Shown: piece by piece, positions 1 through 11,248 of the stretch | Layout: every line of letters starts with the position of its first letter | Numbering within the stretch: position 1 is the first letter of the stretch | NCBI GenBank assembly: GCA_013265495.1 | Contig: MU058384.1 | Coordinates: 2,641,010-2,705,009 of the forward strand | Direction of reading: 5' to 3' | DNA from: Vicugna vicugna | Taxonomy: Eukaryota | DNA length: 64,000 bases | The notes under the pieces: model-generated | Database searches by the model: none | What the model was told of the DNA's origin: nothing | Seen by the model: only the letters and a program-made list of their open reading frames with translations | Made by a program: the position numbers and the translations under genes

Positions 1-526
1 ACCACCTTATGTGATGAAAATAGACTCAAAATTCCAAATGGCTTAGTTGTAAAGTCTCATTTTACTACAAATAAAAAAATTATTCGTATTCCTCATTTGA
101 GGTTGATTTAAATTTCTGGCACACAGCATTTGACTTTTTCCCTGTCGATGAGCCCAGGAACCCAGAGCAGCTAGCTGGCTGCCCGAGGGCCCTGTCACTT
201 GTGTGCATCTCTGACTGTGATTAAGAGACCAGTAATTCAGTTGAGATGGAGAGAGTACCAGGGTAGGGCTGAGAATAAGGTTCAATTTTGGCAAAGGTGA
301 ATTTCCCCCAACCCTCTCCCGTGCAACTCTCTGGTGCCTTTATATAATTTAGAACCCAGGATCTCATGATCCTATGACGTAAACAAATTCAAGACGGCCT
401 TGGGAGGAATATTTTGTTACAGTAATCATCCGTCTCGCTCCGTATTTCGGTCTGGGGCATGTAAGCAAGGTAATTTCCCTACTTAACCTCTAAAACATTT
501 ACACACAGATGAGACAACCAGTGGGT

Positions 527-578
527 CACAGGTGCGGTGGGAAGGGACCCACAGATGCGGTGGGAAGGGACCCACAGA
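527..578. repeat. 23-bp tandem repeat, about 2.3 copies
   Basis: cacaggtgcggtgggaagggacc / cacagatgcggtgggaagggacc / cacaga. Confidence 0.9.
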
Positions 579-651
579 CCCAGCTAGAAGGAGCGAGCCC
601 TCCAGGCTGGCGTGGATGGGCAGTGGGGTGGGGGGCAGGATGAGGGCTCAC

Positions 652-756
652 CAGATGAGGTCGGTGAAGCCTCTGTGCAGCTGCATGGAGGAGGAGGCGC
701 TGCTGAGCACGGACAGGATGCACTCCAAGAACAGGAGCTGCAGCTGCTGGCCGTCG
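652..756 (-). CDS. ARFGEF3: ARFGEF3 coding exon (105 nt; exon 9 equivalent)
   Basis: ctctgcAG|C GAC GGC CAG...CTC ATC TG|GTgagc; (N)DGQQLQLLFLECILSVLSSASSSMQLHRGFTDLI(W) (inside ORF 648..860); phase 2-2. Gene continues beyond position 1. Confidence 0.96.
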
Positions 757-883
757 CTGCAGAGGAACAGACCCGACACACAAACGCACAGAAAGTAAAA
801 CAAAAGAGGTGACGTGTGGGAAACACTTGGGAGAATGCTGGGCATTACAGAAGGGCTCATTTTGGGTGTGGGGGGGTGGGTGG

Positions 884-1313
884 TGTTATGGGTTGACTCG
901 TGCCCCCCGCCTCAACTTCACACGCAGCAGTCCTAACCCCTGGTGCCTCAGACATGACCTTATTTGGAGGTGGGGTCTTTACACAGGTAAACAAGTTAAA
1001 GGGACGTCATTAGGGTGGGTCCTAATCCAGCATGACTGGTGTCCTTATAAAGCAGGGAAATTCGGACACAAAGATACACATGGAGGGAAGACAAAGTGAA
1101 GAGCCCCGGGGAGAAGATGGCTGTCTACAAGCCAAGGAGAGAGGCCTGGAGCCGATCCTGCCCTCACAGTCCTGAGAAGGAACCAACTCTGCTGAAATCG
1201 TGATCTCAGACTTCCAGCCTCCAGAACCACAGGATAATACATTTGTTGTTATAGTCACTCAGTTTGTGGTACTGTGTGGTACTTTGTTACGCTGGCCCCA
1301 GCAAATTAATACA
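884..1313 (+). mobile_element. MaLR solo LTR (MLT1A/B/C-like)
   Basis: Starts tgttatgggttga, ends aattaataca; contains MLT1 hallmarks cctaatccagcatgactggtgtccttataa and gacttccagcctccagaac. Confidence 0.88.
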
Positions 1314-1334
1314 GTTAGGGTGATTCTTCTGAGA

Positions 1335-1520
1335 TAGACTTTACTTTTTATACAGGTTTAGATTTACAGAAAATTCAAGCATGGTATGGAAAGTGACCAT
1401 ATTTTACCCACCCCTGCGCATGGTTTATCCTGTTATTAGTATCTTACCATTAATAAACAAATTTCCAGCTACCATTAAGGAACAAATATTGACATATTGA
1501 CTAAAGTCCACAATTTATTC
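1335..1520 (-). mobile_element. Old L1 (L1MC-like) 3' UTR fragment
   Basis: tagactttacttttt...ggtttagatttacagaaaatt...aatattgacatattgactaaagtcc resembles a reverse L1MC 3' end. Confidence 0.6.
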
Positions 1521-1590
1521 TAGAAAAATTTATTTTTAATATGTTTATTATCTAAATCTTTCAAGAGACGACATACCATGACAGCTTTTA

Positions 1591-1721
1591 ATTTCTTTTG
1601 AGGAGGGGAGGGAGGTAATTAGGTTTATTTATTTATTTTTAGAGGACGTTCTAGGGATTGAACCCAGGACCTTGTGCACATTAAGCATGTGCTCTACCAC
1701 TTGAGCTGTATCTTCCTCCCT
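1591..1721 (-). mobile_element. tRNA-derived camelid-type SINE (Vic-1-like)
   Basis: Minus strand has A box (cagctcaagtggtagagc), B box (ggttcaatccc) and an A-rich tail. Flanked by catgacagctttta (1577-1590) / catgataactttta (1722-1735), a 14-bp TSD with 2 mismatches. Confidence 0.88.
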
Positions 1722-4700
1722 CATGATAACTTTTAGAAGGTTAATGCTTTACTGACTTGCATTTAGCGTCTCTTTACTTTTTGGAAAGCAACCATTTTTT
1801 TCAACGGACAAATTGTTTTCTCATAATTATTATTATGGGGTTCCTCAACAGAACCAGATTTTAAAAAATCAGACAGTTTGTGGGATGTACACTCTCATAC
1901 CTAGATTAAGTTTTCTGCCTAGTCACCAGAAAGTATTAAAATCCAGGTATGTGGTCTTTCTGACCAATCACTTGACTCATTATTAAGAAAAATAATTAAA
2001 TGCCCTTATTAAAAAGTCCCTTTATCTGTCAAACTGTCAAACATCACAGAACTAAAATTAACTATGGATAGTAAAGAGTCTTGATTTTTGGAATCACTGG
2101 AAATAAACCCAGAGAAAAGGTACAAGCAGTCAAGGTTCCTATGCATACGTTTCAGCAAAGAGAGCTGCAGCAGTACAGCAACCCGAAGGCATCAGGCTGG
2201 ATGATGGAGAGAATGCACTGCCAGGGAAACTGGCCCGGGAGTCTCCTTGGAGACCGAACGTGGCAGCTTTTTCTGTGGGCTGCAGCAGTCTGGAAAAATG
2301 GGTGCTCAAGGCCTGGCACGAGTCATGTCATTAGAGGAACTGTTTGAGATGAAAGCACCTTCCACGCAGGCCCCTCAGGAGATCCACATGTGTGTGTACA
2401 GTGTGTACAATTCATATTTGTCCGACTACAGACAGACACATCGGTGGAATGCACATGGCTGAAGGGAGCCTAGAAACCAGCCAGATCTTTCAAAACACCA
2501 GGGAAAATCTGCACACTTACGAGGGCTGTGCATTTCTTTGCCTGGCCTTTCGTCAGAACATTTCATGGCAGATTGAGTATCTACTGGTCTCACTCTCTGC
2601 TCAGCTCTGATTTCCTCCCAGGCCCACGATCCATGGAGAACAACTCTTGTGAGTGGACCAGTGGACCATGAAGGTGAGGCAGTACGTCCAGGATCTCTAG
2701 AGTTCTTAGAATTTTGATCTGTTTTGAACCATTTTGATTTTGCCTTCCTCAGAAAGATTCAAATTTAGTTAGAAAAAGGAGAGCAGGAGTGAACTGCATA
2801 GGGAGTGGAATGGAAACAGAAACAAAACGTGAACTCTCAGCTTTGCCTCATTGACTCCAAGATGCTTAAGTATAGATTCATCTGACATTCTATCCTGGGG
2901 AGAGAGGAAGTGGGGAGAGGGTGGCGGGAGACCAACAGGCAGAGAATGAATAATTACCTTTCTAAGCCAATTATCCCTCCAAAAATTCTTGGATTTAAAC
3001 AGCATCACGGTACTCAACTTGCCTAATATGGAGCTCTATTAATACCGCATCTCCAATGCGTGCGAGTTATGCTGCGTACCTGAATGCATTTTCTGAATTC
3101 TCCTGAGAGACTGAATGTATCATGAGTACATGCTCCTACAGAGCTAAAGCTCTAAGAGGTATGTGGGCACTGATGTTGGAAATGGTTGCTGAGAAGAAGT
3201 AAAGATTACAGTGTGATTTCAGAGGGAGAACTTATTTAGAAGGTAGGAGAGGTGCTACGTTTTAGCCAATAGAAACAAAGGGAGTTAAGGTAGTAAAATC
3301 AAAAGAAACTATGCAGATGTGAAAACTTAAGGAGAATTAACAGAACCACCAGAGTGAGAGCAGCCAAGGGAATGGTATTATCTGACCCTGTGCACTTAAA
3401 GGTCTCCCAGTAAGGCTGCACTAAGCGTGCTGCACGCCAGCTCCTGCAGTGATGGAACCCCCGTCTTAGGGCAATGGAATCATGATGGGAAAGACCGTAA
3501 CCAAACAAAATGAACAGTCTCTAGAGGCAGAATTATGACAGGGAAATTGCATTGGAAAACCAATAAGACTATGAGAAGCCTATAAAACTCATTACGCTCT
3601 GTAACAATATGCCTAAAGCCATCTCTGATCCAGTGTTCAATGAGAAACCCTAGAAAACCATATGCATGTCACATGAATTATTTTTTTCCATTTGAAACCT
3701 GTCCTTGAGTCATACGGTTCAGAAATGTTTTCATTTTTCTCAGTGACTGACAGAAATATATAACCTTTAGCTCCTAATAAACATGTGTGTTCATTTGCAA
3801 TGTATGTTTGTTCAATGTGTTTCCCTAACAATCTACAGTAAAATTTCTGATGTAAGGAACTCAGCGTTCCTTAATGCATCATAAACTAGACTTAGCATTG
3901 ATAATTCTGAAAGCAAGCCAACCATTTTAAAGCTAATATTTATCAAATATTTATTATGTGCTATGCAGTGAAAAAAAAATTCCACTCACACCAGTACTAC
4001 CTAGAAGATATCAGCATGAGTGTCTACAATAATAATTACACAACAGGCATAACTTCAGACTATCTAAGGTAAACCAGGTCATATGGTTGCCCTCCAGACA
4101 GGGGTCCCTGTAGCTGCCATTAGAGCCATCCAGGTTTAAAGAACCATGAACTTGAACCCCAGATGCCAGGAAGGCCCTTACTGGACTTTTTTTAATTCTT
4201 TCTGAACCAATGAACAATGGTATCATTTATAGACCAACAAACTCATTCTAACTTGCCCCGATGGCTATTTTTAAATTATTAATGGCATAACTTACCATGA
4301 GCTATTACTAGCACCTTTCTAGTACTTAAAAATTTTAGATTTTTCCCTTAGCAAACTACTCAGGAAAAAAAAAAGTTTAGCTTATTTATTTTCCCTTGCC
4401 CGCACAGTAATGAATATAGCCTTTATATTTTTCAAAGTTTTGGTGGTCTTTGTTTTACTACCTGACAATGCTAAGACCTGAGCAGGGCGGGCCAAGAAGT
4501 ATCCTTGACACGCGGCAACAGCCTAGTTGCTACCAGCCAGCTGTGTGTTCCCCTGGGGACATAAACAATTGCACAGAATGTTAACATCGGTGATGGAACA
4601 AGATGAAAGCCAATCTACTTGACACCTGGATAGAGATTAAGAAAAAATCTGTATAATTACAAAAATGAACAAATATTATCTTCACCAGTAAGTGACTCCT

Positions 4701-4789
4701 GTTTTTTCTCCAGGGACAATCTGTCTGTCTCACTGGGTAGAGAAAAACCAAGATGCTCAATGCTAGAATTACCTCCTCCTTCCTGATAG

Positions 4790-4999
4790 TACCCAATCCT
4801 TGAGCAGAACCCCCAATTACTTTAACTCACTCCCAAATTACCTAACTCAGGTACAGGTCCTATAATAATTCCTCCTGACACCCACCCTTTTACTGGCTGC
4901 CCCATGATTCCCCATGGTGTACAGGATCCCTTGTAGCAGCTTAAACCTAACCCCGTTAACCTCAGGTGTTCCTGGTGACCTTGGGGTGATGGGCATTGA
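4790..4999 (+). mobile_element. Probable old ERVL-type LTR 3' fragment
   Basis: Ends ...caggtgttcctggtgaccttggggtgatgggcattga, resembling old ERVL-class LTR termini; family not identified. Confidence 0.4.
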
Positions 5000-5034
5000 G
5001 TCTTTTTGGTTAATTTTCTAATTCAATCCTTACA

Positions 5035-5262
5035 AAAACCTTAATATATTTTATATTACTAATATATATATTACTATTATTTATAATGATATAATACAAA
5101 TAATGTATTAATACTATAATCATTAAGCATATTAATATTAAAATTGTATCACTATTGAACACAATTTATAGTATTATGTTATACTTAAATATTATGATTA
5201 TTATAACATATTTTTAATATAAAATAATATAACATGATAATAATAATTAATCATAAGATACA
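5035..5262. repeat. AT-rich low-complexity tract
   Basis: About 230 bp composed almost entirely of A/T (taatata/attat motifs). Confidence 0.85.
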
Positions 5263-5789
5263 TAAGCTTAGGATGGTTGAGATCTTTGCCTAAAGTCAAG
5301 AGCTAATAAGGGGCAGAAGATTTTAACCCATGTAATCCAACAAAGACAATGCAGTTGAGCCAGTTGTGATTCAACTCTGGTAGTACAGAAAGAAAAAAAA
5401 CAAGCTGACGAGAAACACATTCTAGCTCTGCCATCACAGCTGGCTCTGCCAAGACGGAGAGGAACTGGGCAGGGGTGGGGAGGAGTTTGCACTAGAAGAG
5501 ATCTAAACTCTGGGCATGGATGGGCCCAGTGAATATGTACCCTATCCCTGCCTGGGCACTGATGAGAATAAAGGAGGGTGATTATAATCATAAGCAAAAG
5601 GCATCAACAAATTTCTGCCAAGTTTCCAACAAAGTGAGACAGCTCATTCACGCCTGCAACTGAACTGCTTCTTCCAGCTCATGACTGTCTAGAAAATTCT
5701 ACAAGCAAAAGTTTTTCAGAGTCATCAAATGTCCCAGTTAGCAGTAAAGAAGAGTTTAATGTATCTTCCCTAACTCAAAGGGCACTTTA

Positions 5790-5902
5790 ATTTATTTATA
5801 TATATTTTTTAATCAAAGTATCATCAGTTACAGTGTATCAATTTCTGGTGTACAGCACAATGTCCCAGTCATGCATATACACACATACATTTGTTTTCAT
5901 AT
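5790..5902 (-). mobile_element. Severely 5'-truncated lineage-specific L1 3' end
   Basis: L1 tail (aatttctggtgtacagcacaatgtcccagtcatgcatatac) flanked by a perfect 15-bp TSD tcaaagggcacttta (5775-5789 and 5903-5917). Confidence 0.88.
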
Positions 5903-6617
5903 TCAAAGGGCACTTTAGAATCATACTGTGTTGCAGAACTGTGCAGTTAACTACATATGTAGCTGGTAGAGGCTTTTCATCTCATCTTGGAAAGTCTGAC
6001 CTTTTTATGATCTGGCTTTACTAGAGATGTCTAAGTTGTCTTACCATGACACTGCATGGACAGTTGGAGCAGTGGACATCACACATGAACTAATACCACT
6101 GATTAAACTGGCATGCAAATAAATGACAAGTATAAAAAGTCAGAGTAATGTGTTCTTTTTAAAGATAGGTGTGTGAGTTCATAGGCTTAGGAGATGTTAG
6201 AAGAAACAGTGGAAGACCACCCAGTCCAACCCTGCCACTGGACAGAGGAGGAAGGTGCCACAGCTCAATGAGAAGATGCATTTAGAGTCACACACCTGGG
6301 ACAGGCCGGGTTGGGACTAGCCCTCACATCATCCTGAGCCAGCGTTCTTTCCACTCACCTCCAGGTTTGAGAGATTAACTCTTCTCTGCAAGGTATTATT
6401 TTCCCATTTTCTCATCAAAAACTTACATGCTTCAGTAATCCTACTTGGGAATGAGGCTTGCCCAATGTGACTGAAGCTGTTTCTCAGGAATGACAGGTGA
6501 ATACCAATGGGGGAACCACGGCCCTGATACTCTGCAACTTTAAGTGATGCTGTAGACAAAAGTTACTTGAGAAACAGGCCATTAGTGAGTAAGAGCAGTG
6601 ATGCTGAAGGCACTTAC

Positions 6618-6696
6618 TTGATGGCGGCTTGGAGCTTCTCGCACAGAACAGTGAGCACGGAGACAAGGTCGTCACAGAGGGACTCCACTGTTGACC
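6618..6696 (-). CDS. ARFGEF3: ARFGEF3 coding exon (79 nt; exon 8 equivalent)
   Basis: tttgcAG|GG TCA ACA GTG...GCC ATC AA|GTaagt; (G)STVESLCDDLVSVLTVLCEKLQAAI(N); phase 1-2, in frame with its neighbours. Confidence 0.96.
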
Positions 6697-8892
6697 CTGC
6701 AAACAGAGGAGGTGACGGGCATTAGACATTGGCAGGGGGGCCCTGTGGGCTCCCTCAACAGTCCTTTCTATCTTCTGCTTTTGATACTCTCAGGACTGAA
6801 AAGATGATTTTCAGGTGCTGAGCCTTCCGTAGGCCAGCACAGGGATCACAGAGAAGAATTAAAACACTCAAAAGAGAGTCCAGAAAGGAGATGAAAGACT
6901 GTTTATCATAAATAAAAATCATTCACATCTAAAGAAAAAAGATTTGGTCAATTTAAGAAACAACACAATTGATAACAGTCTTCTCAGTATTTAGGCCAGC
7001 AGACCATACATGCATCCTTTATTCTGACCACTTGAATTTCTGGGACTTCTGAGCAGACGTGAGCTGTACCCCAGGGAGAGAGGATGCGGCAGCATGGAGG
7101 GAGGATGGGCTTTTCAAACTAGGAAACTAAGGAAAGGGGGCAAAATAAGTTAGTCACCAACTTCACCTATTTTCGCTGTTTCTCCGGCATTGTCAGGGCA
7201 TGTGGTCTTTGTTGTATGTGCAGCAACAGCTGGTGTCAGAAAAAATAATTTTCCCTCTAACATGTTCGTGTCCAGAAGCTAGCAACAAAACTTCCACAGA
7301 CACACTGAAGTGCACTGGGAAAAGGCTGACATTTGGAGTCTGGTCAGGGACCAGCCCACAACTCGTGACTGTGTGAGCCTGGATCAGCTTCAGTTTTCCC
7401 TTTCACAAGATGGGATAAATAATAACCAAGTCCCAGAACTGATGGGCCAGGTGAAGGAAAAAGTGGAAGCATTTGCTTTTTTTTTTTTTTTTAAATAAAA
7501 ACCTGCGGTGATCTTTACGAATGTGGCCAAGTATTTGATGAATGCATCTATGAATGAATGACCATAAGGTCAAAGACGGAGGAAAAAATGGCAAGAGTGT
7601 AAGAAGGAAAATAAAAGGAAAACTGGAGGAGGACAGGGGAACAAGAAATGGCTGGCGCTCAGAATTTAAGATCTTTAAATGCAGGAAAAAAATTGAGAAA
7701 TGATCAAGTACGATGATAAAAGAGAGTTTAAAATAAATAAAACCTGTATCTAGTCCTGAAACTCAATTTTAGGTAAATTTCAAATAAGTCCATCAATTTT
7801 TGCTGCTATATTTGTTAAAGATGCAACATAAACCAAGAGGACTTCGACTTTTTTTTTAGTTTATAAAATCACCCTACATTAAAGTGAGGATATTCTGGGA
7901 ACTGCAATAGCCAAAAGAGGAAAAGACAGGTGGGAAATCTTGGAACACACCACTGAGAGCTTCACAAGGTGAAAAGATGCTGCAGGCACTTATGGCCCAA
8001 GAACACAGCAGGATGTGACCAAAACAACACGCTCAAGCCATGCTTTAGAAGATGACTTAGAGCATCACTCTTTCTCATTTCTTTCATTTATGCTTTCTCC
8101 TAATTGTGGCTGTTTAGCTACCTCTTTCTCTCCTTGCATTCCCTTTCTTTTTCATCTTTCTCTACCCAACCCCTTCTCCCCATTATTAACTGGCAAAAAT
8201 ATCTAAGAAAAGCAAAAATTTTCAGCAGCTTTAAAATGACTAAATAAAATCTGAAATAAAACTCATATTTTCAATATTTTATTCAGATAATTGAATTTTT
8301 CATCCTCTTTCAGAAAACAAGACCACCAAACATTCTTAAGAAATCAAAGTGCTTGTGAATTATGCATGGACCTCTATTTTTTCCTTTCCTGTGGGTCAGA
8401 ATGAGAGATTCCTTACTTTGATTTCACCTGCTACTTTAACGGGGCTGTCTGTCCTTCTACAAGATTCCCCGTGAGAAGACTCATTTTTCATATTAAAAAA
8501 CTCAGTATTTTGCAAACATATTTCAGGTGCAATAGCACTTTATGCCAAGCAGGCTTCTGCAATTCTCTATTTCAGTTCTCATTTTAGCAATCAATAAATT
8601 AACTTGATTTCATGAAGAGTGAAGTTGTTACAAAAACCAGCTTCCAGCAGAAAGGGATGTGAAGAGTTAACCCCCACCACCACCGCCACGGTTGGAACAG
8701 AAGTAGGCATGGCTGGCATACAGTGTAGGAACAGAAGGAAACAACCGCTGATTGAAGCTAAGCAGAGCCTCCAAGGAGAACGGTGAACCACCCTGAGAGC
8801 TTTTACTCAGCTTTATATCCCCACACCAAGCACACAGTAGATGTTCTTACAACCACTTTTTAAACGGAACTCGCAAAAATCAAATCCAATAC

Positions 8893-8935
8893 CTTGATTC
8901 CTGAATTCCTGTGGGACATCCGGGTTTTCAATTAT
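8893..8935 (-). CDS. ARFGEF3: ARFGEF3 small coding exon (43 nt; exon 7 equivalent)
   Basis: gttactAG|ATA ATT GAA AAC CCG GAT GTC CCA CAG GAA TTC AGG AAT CAA G|GTattg; IIENPDVPQEFRNQ(G) versus recalled human IIENPDVPQDFGNQG; phase 0-1. Confidence 0.95.
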
Positions 8936-11125
8936 CTAGTAACAGAGACACACACACACACAAGACAATTAGGAAATTTGGGCAAGAAAAATCGTGACTC
9001 AAACAATGGAAAGATCTAGGAAACAAAATGTCATCCAAGTGCTCTGGGCTCTGCCAACTTACCTAAGTACGCCCCCGGGCTCTTGATAGTGGTCCTTTAC
9101 TCATGGTATTTATGAAAAGGCTATGATGTCTGGACCCGAGTCTATCAGTTCCAAAAGTAATTCATTCAAGGGTCCACAACCCCATGGAAGTTTAAGCCCC
9201 ACAGTGCACTGTATCATTTTTTAAAAAGCTACTAAAAATAACCATTCTTAAGTGGCAAAACTTGTGTCTCCCTCTACTAGACATCATAAATGCTTCAAAT
9301 ATTAGCATCCTGAGAATCATGTTTTTCTGGGACAAAAAAAATCTCTAGGGACCTCATGAGTAATAGAAAGGAAATTAACAGGAAACACTGATTTTTCCAT
9401 CTAATTTGGAATCTTGCCTCCGATTGGGGTGAGTCCATATGGTCAGTGATGAGCAGGAACAGAAGGCTGATTGGCTGCATAGTACGCAGGACAGAGGCAG
9501 ACACCCCTCCAGTTTTATCCAGACCTCTACAGCTATACCTGTTATCATCCTTATGGAAGAGCAAGATGAAATCAACAGCTGAGTCATTTTACTTGAAACC
9601 TAAAATTCTCCTAAAGTTTTAAAAACATGATTAAACTAATATAATTGAAATCACTTTGGGACTACACAGCTTCCTTTAAGTGCTTCATCTTAAAACATTA
9701 AGATACCATTACTGTTACAGTATTTCCCGTCATATTGCCACTTAGCAAGCATGAAATATGACTGTATGCTAACGGAAGGATTCTCAAAATCTTAGGTTTA
9801 TTTCCATTAAAAATACTTTTCTCTCTAATGCTTTCTATTTATAGATATAAATTTTTTAAAACTAATATTCCTACACCACCATATTCAAAATCCTAGTGTA
9901 AATGAAATAGTTTTCAACAGAGAATAAGCTAATGCAATAAAAATATCTCAAGTTAAAACAATTTTTTAAAATAGAAATGTGGGCTTTGGACATAACAAAC
10001 ACAAAAGAAAATCAATAGGTATTTTTTTTTCAGATTAGTGTTGTTTTTTTTTCAGCACTGGCTGCCAGGCCACATATTAATAACCTGGACTGGGAGTCAG
10101 TAAGGAGACCAGGGGTTTTGTTCTGGCTCTTTCACTGATAAGCTCATTAATTTTAGATTTTAATTTCATCTCTCTGGGCTTCACCTTCCCCATCTGTTTT
10201 TCTGAGGAATAAAAGAATTTGACCAGATAATCTCTAAGGTCCCACTCAACTCTATGATTGTCTAAAACCTAGAAAATAATTGAAGTTAAAAATTAGAAAT
10301 AGTTGAAGTTAAACACGAGCTCTTCCTGTCAAATTAATTTCTGAGCTACTTTGAACTGCTACTGAGATTTCCCATTCTAAAAAAAAATAAAGTGTTCATT
10401 TCAGAATACTACTTGCAGATTTCAAAAGAATTTTAATCTGAATTATTAGAGAGGCAGATTTAAAAAAAAATACCTATTTTGAAGAGGAATCATCTCCTCA
10501 TTAACATTCCCAGAAGATAACAGATACAAGAAGCTGTTTACATTTACAATTTTCCCAGGAACGTTCATTTTAAACAATCTGATCAAGTTGAGAGCAAAAA
10601 GCTCGAGTGGGCTTTAATGAAAAAGAGAAGACAAATTTAGCTTTTCCCTGATGGCACCAGCAGGTGAAGGAGACCTCCTGCCACCGCCTTTTATTGAACA
10701 AAGAAAAACATAAAACAAACCTCAAAGCACATAACTAACTGCTATTAATTTTTTTAATTTCAAATTTACTTCTGGTATTTGCTAATATATCACAATATTT
10801 CTATATAAAATCTTTCAGTCTGAAAAGCTTTAAAAGTGATTTTAAAAGAATAGTGAATTTTAAAATAATGATTAAAAAATGACAGAAACCACAAGGAAAA
10901 ATAAACCCTCCAAGCTGTGGAGTGAAACATATAAAAACATATTTAAAGAGCTTAATTTATATAAACAAGTGTTCTTCCAAACCCAGCTAGCCCTTCCTAA
11001 TGTTTCAGCAGGAAGCAGCCCTGATAGGGGGAGGGGAAAGCATGCAGGATGCGGGACACTCCGCATGCAGTCACACAGAGACGCTGGCAAGACCGGGATG
11101 AACGCGTGGGTACCGCGAGGCTCAC

Positions 11126-11248
11126 CGTATTCTCCTGCCTTTGTCGTAACTGTAAAGTCAAGTCACTCAGCATTTGACTGAGAGTTGCCCGCACAGCAGT
11201 GTTTATACTACGCTGGTGACAGCTACATATGTATGTTTCAATGCACAC
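11126..11248 (-). CDS. ARFGEF3: ARFGEF3 coding exon (123 nt; exon 6 equivalent)
   Basis: tttaccAG|GTG TGC ATT...AAT ACG|GTgagc; VCIETYICSCHQRSINTAVRATLSQMLSDLTLQLRQRQENT (ORF 10997..11248); phase 0-0. Confidence 0.97.

Noticed and set aside
526..860. Cluster of overlapping ORFs on both strands
   Set aside because: By-products of the GC-rich 105-nt ARFGEF3 exon; only the 648..860 frame carries the real exon.
1640..1721. Possible tRNA gene (A and B boxes); likewise at 63715-63779
   Set aside because: A-rich tail, TSD or nested position, and degenerate stems indicate tRNA-derived SINEs, not tRNA genes.
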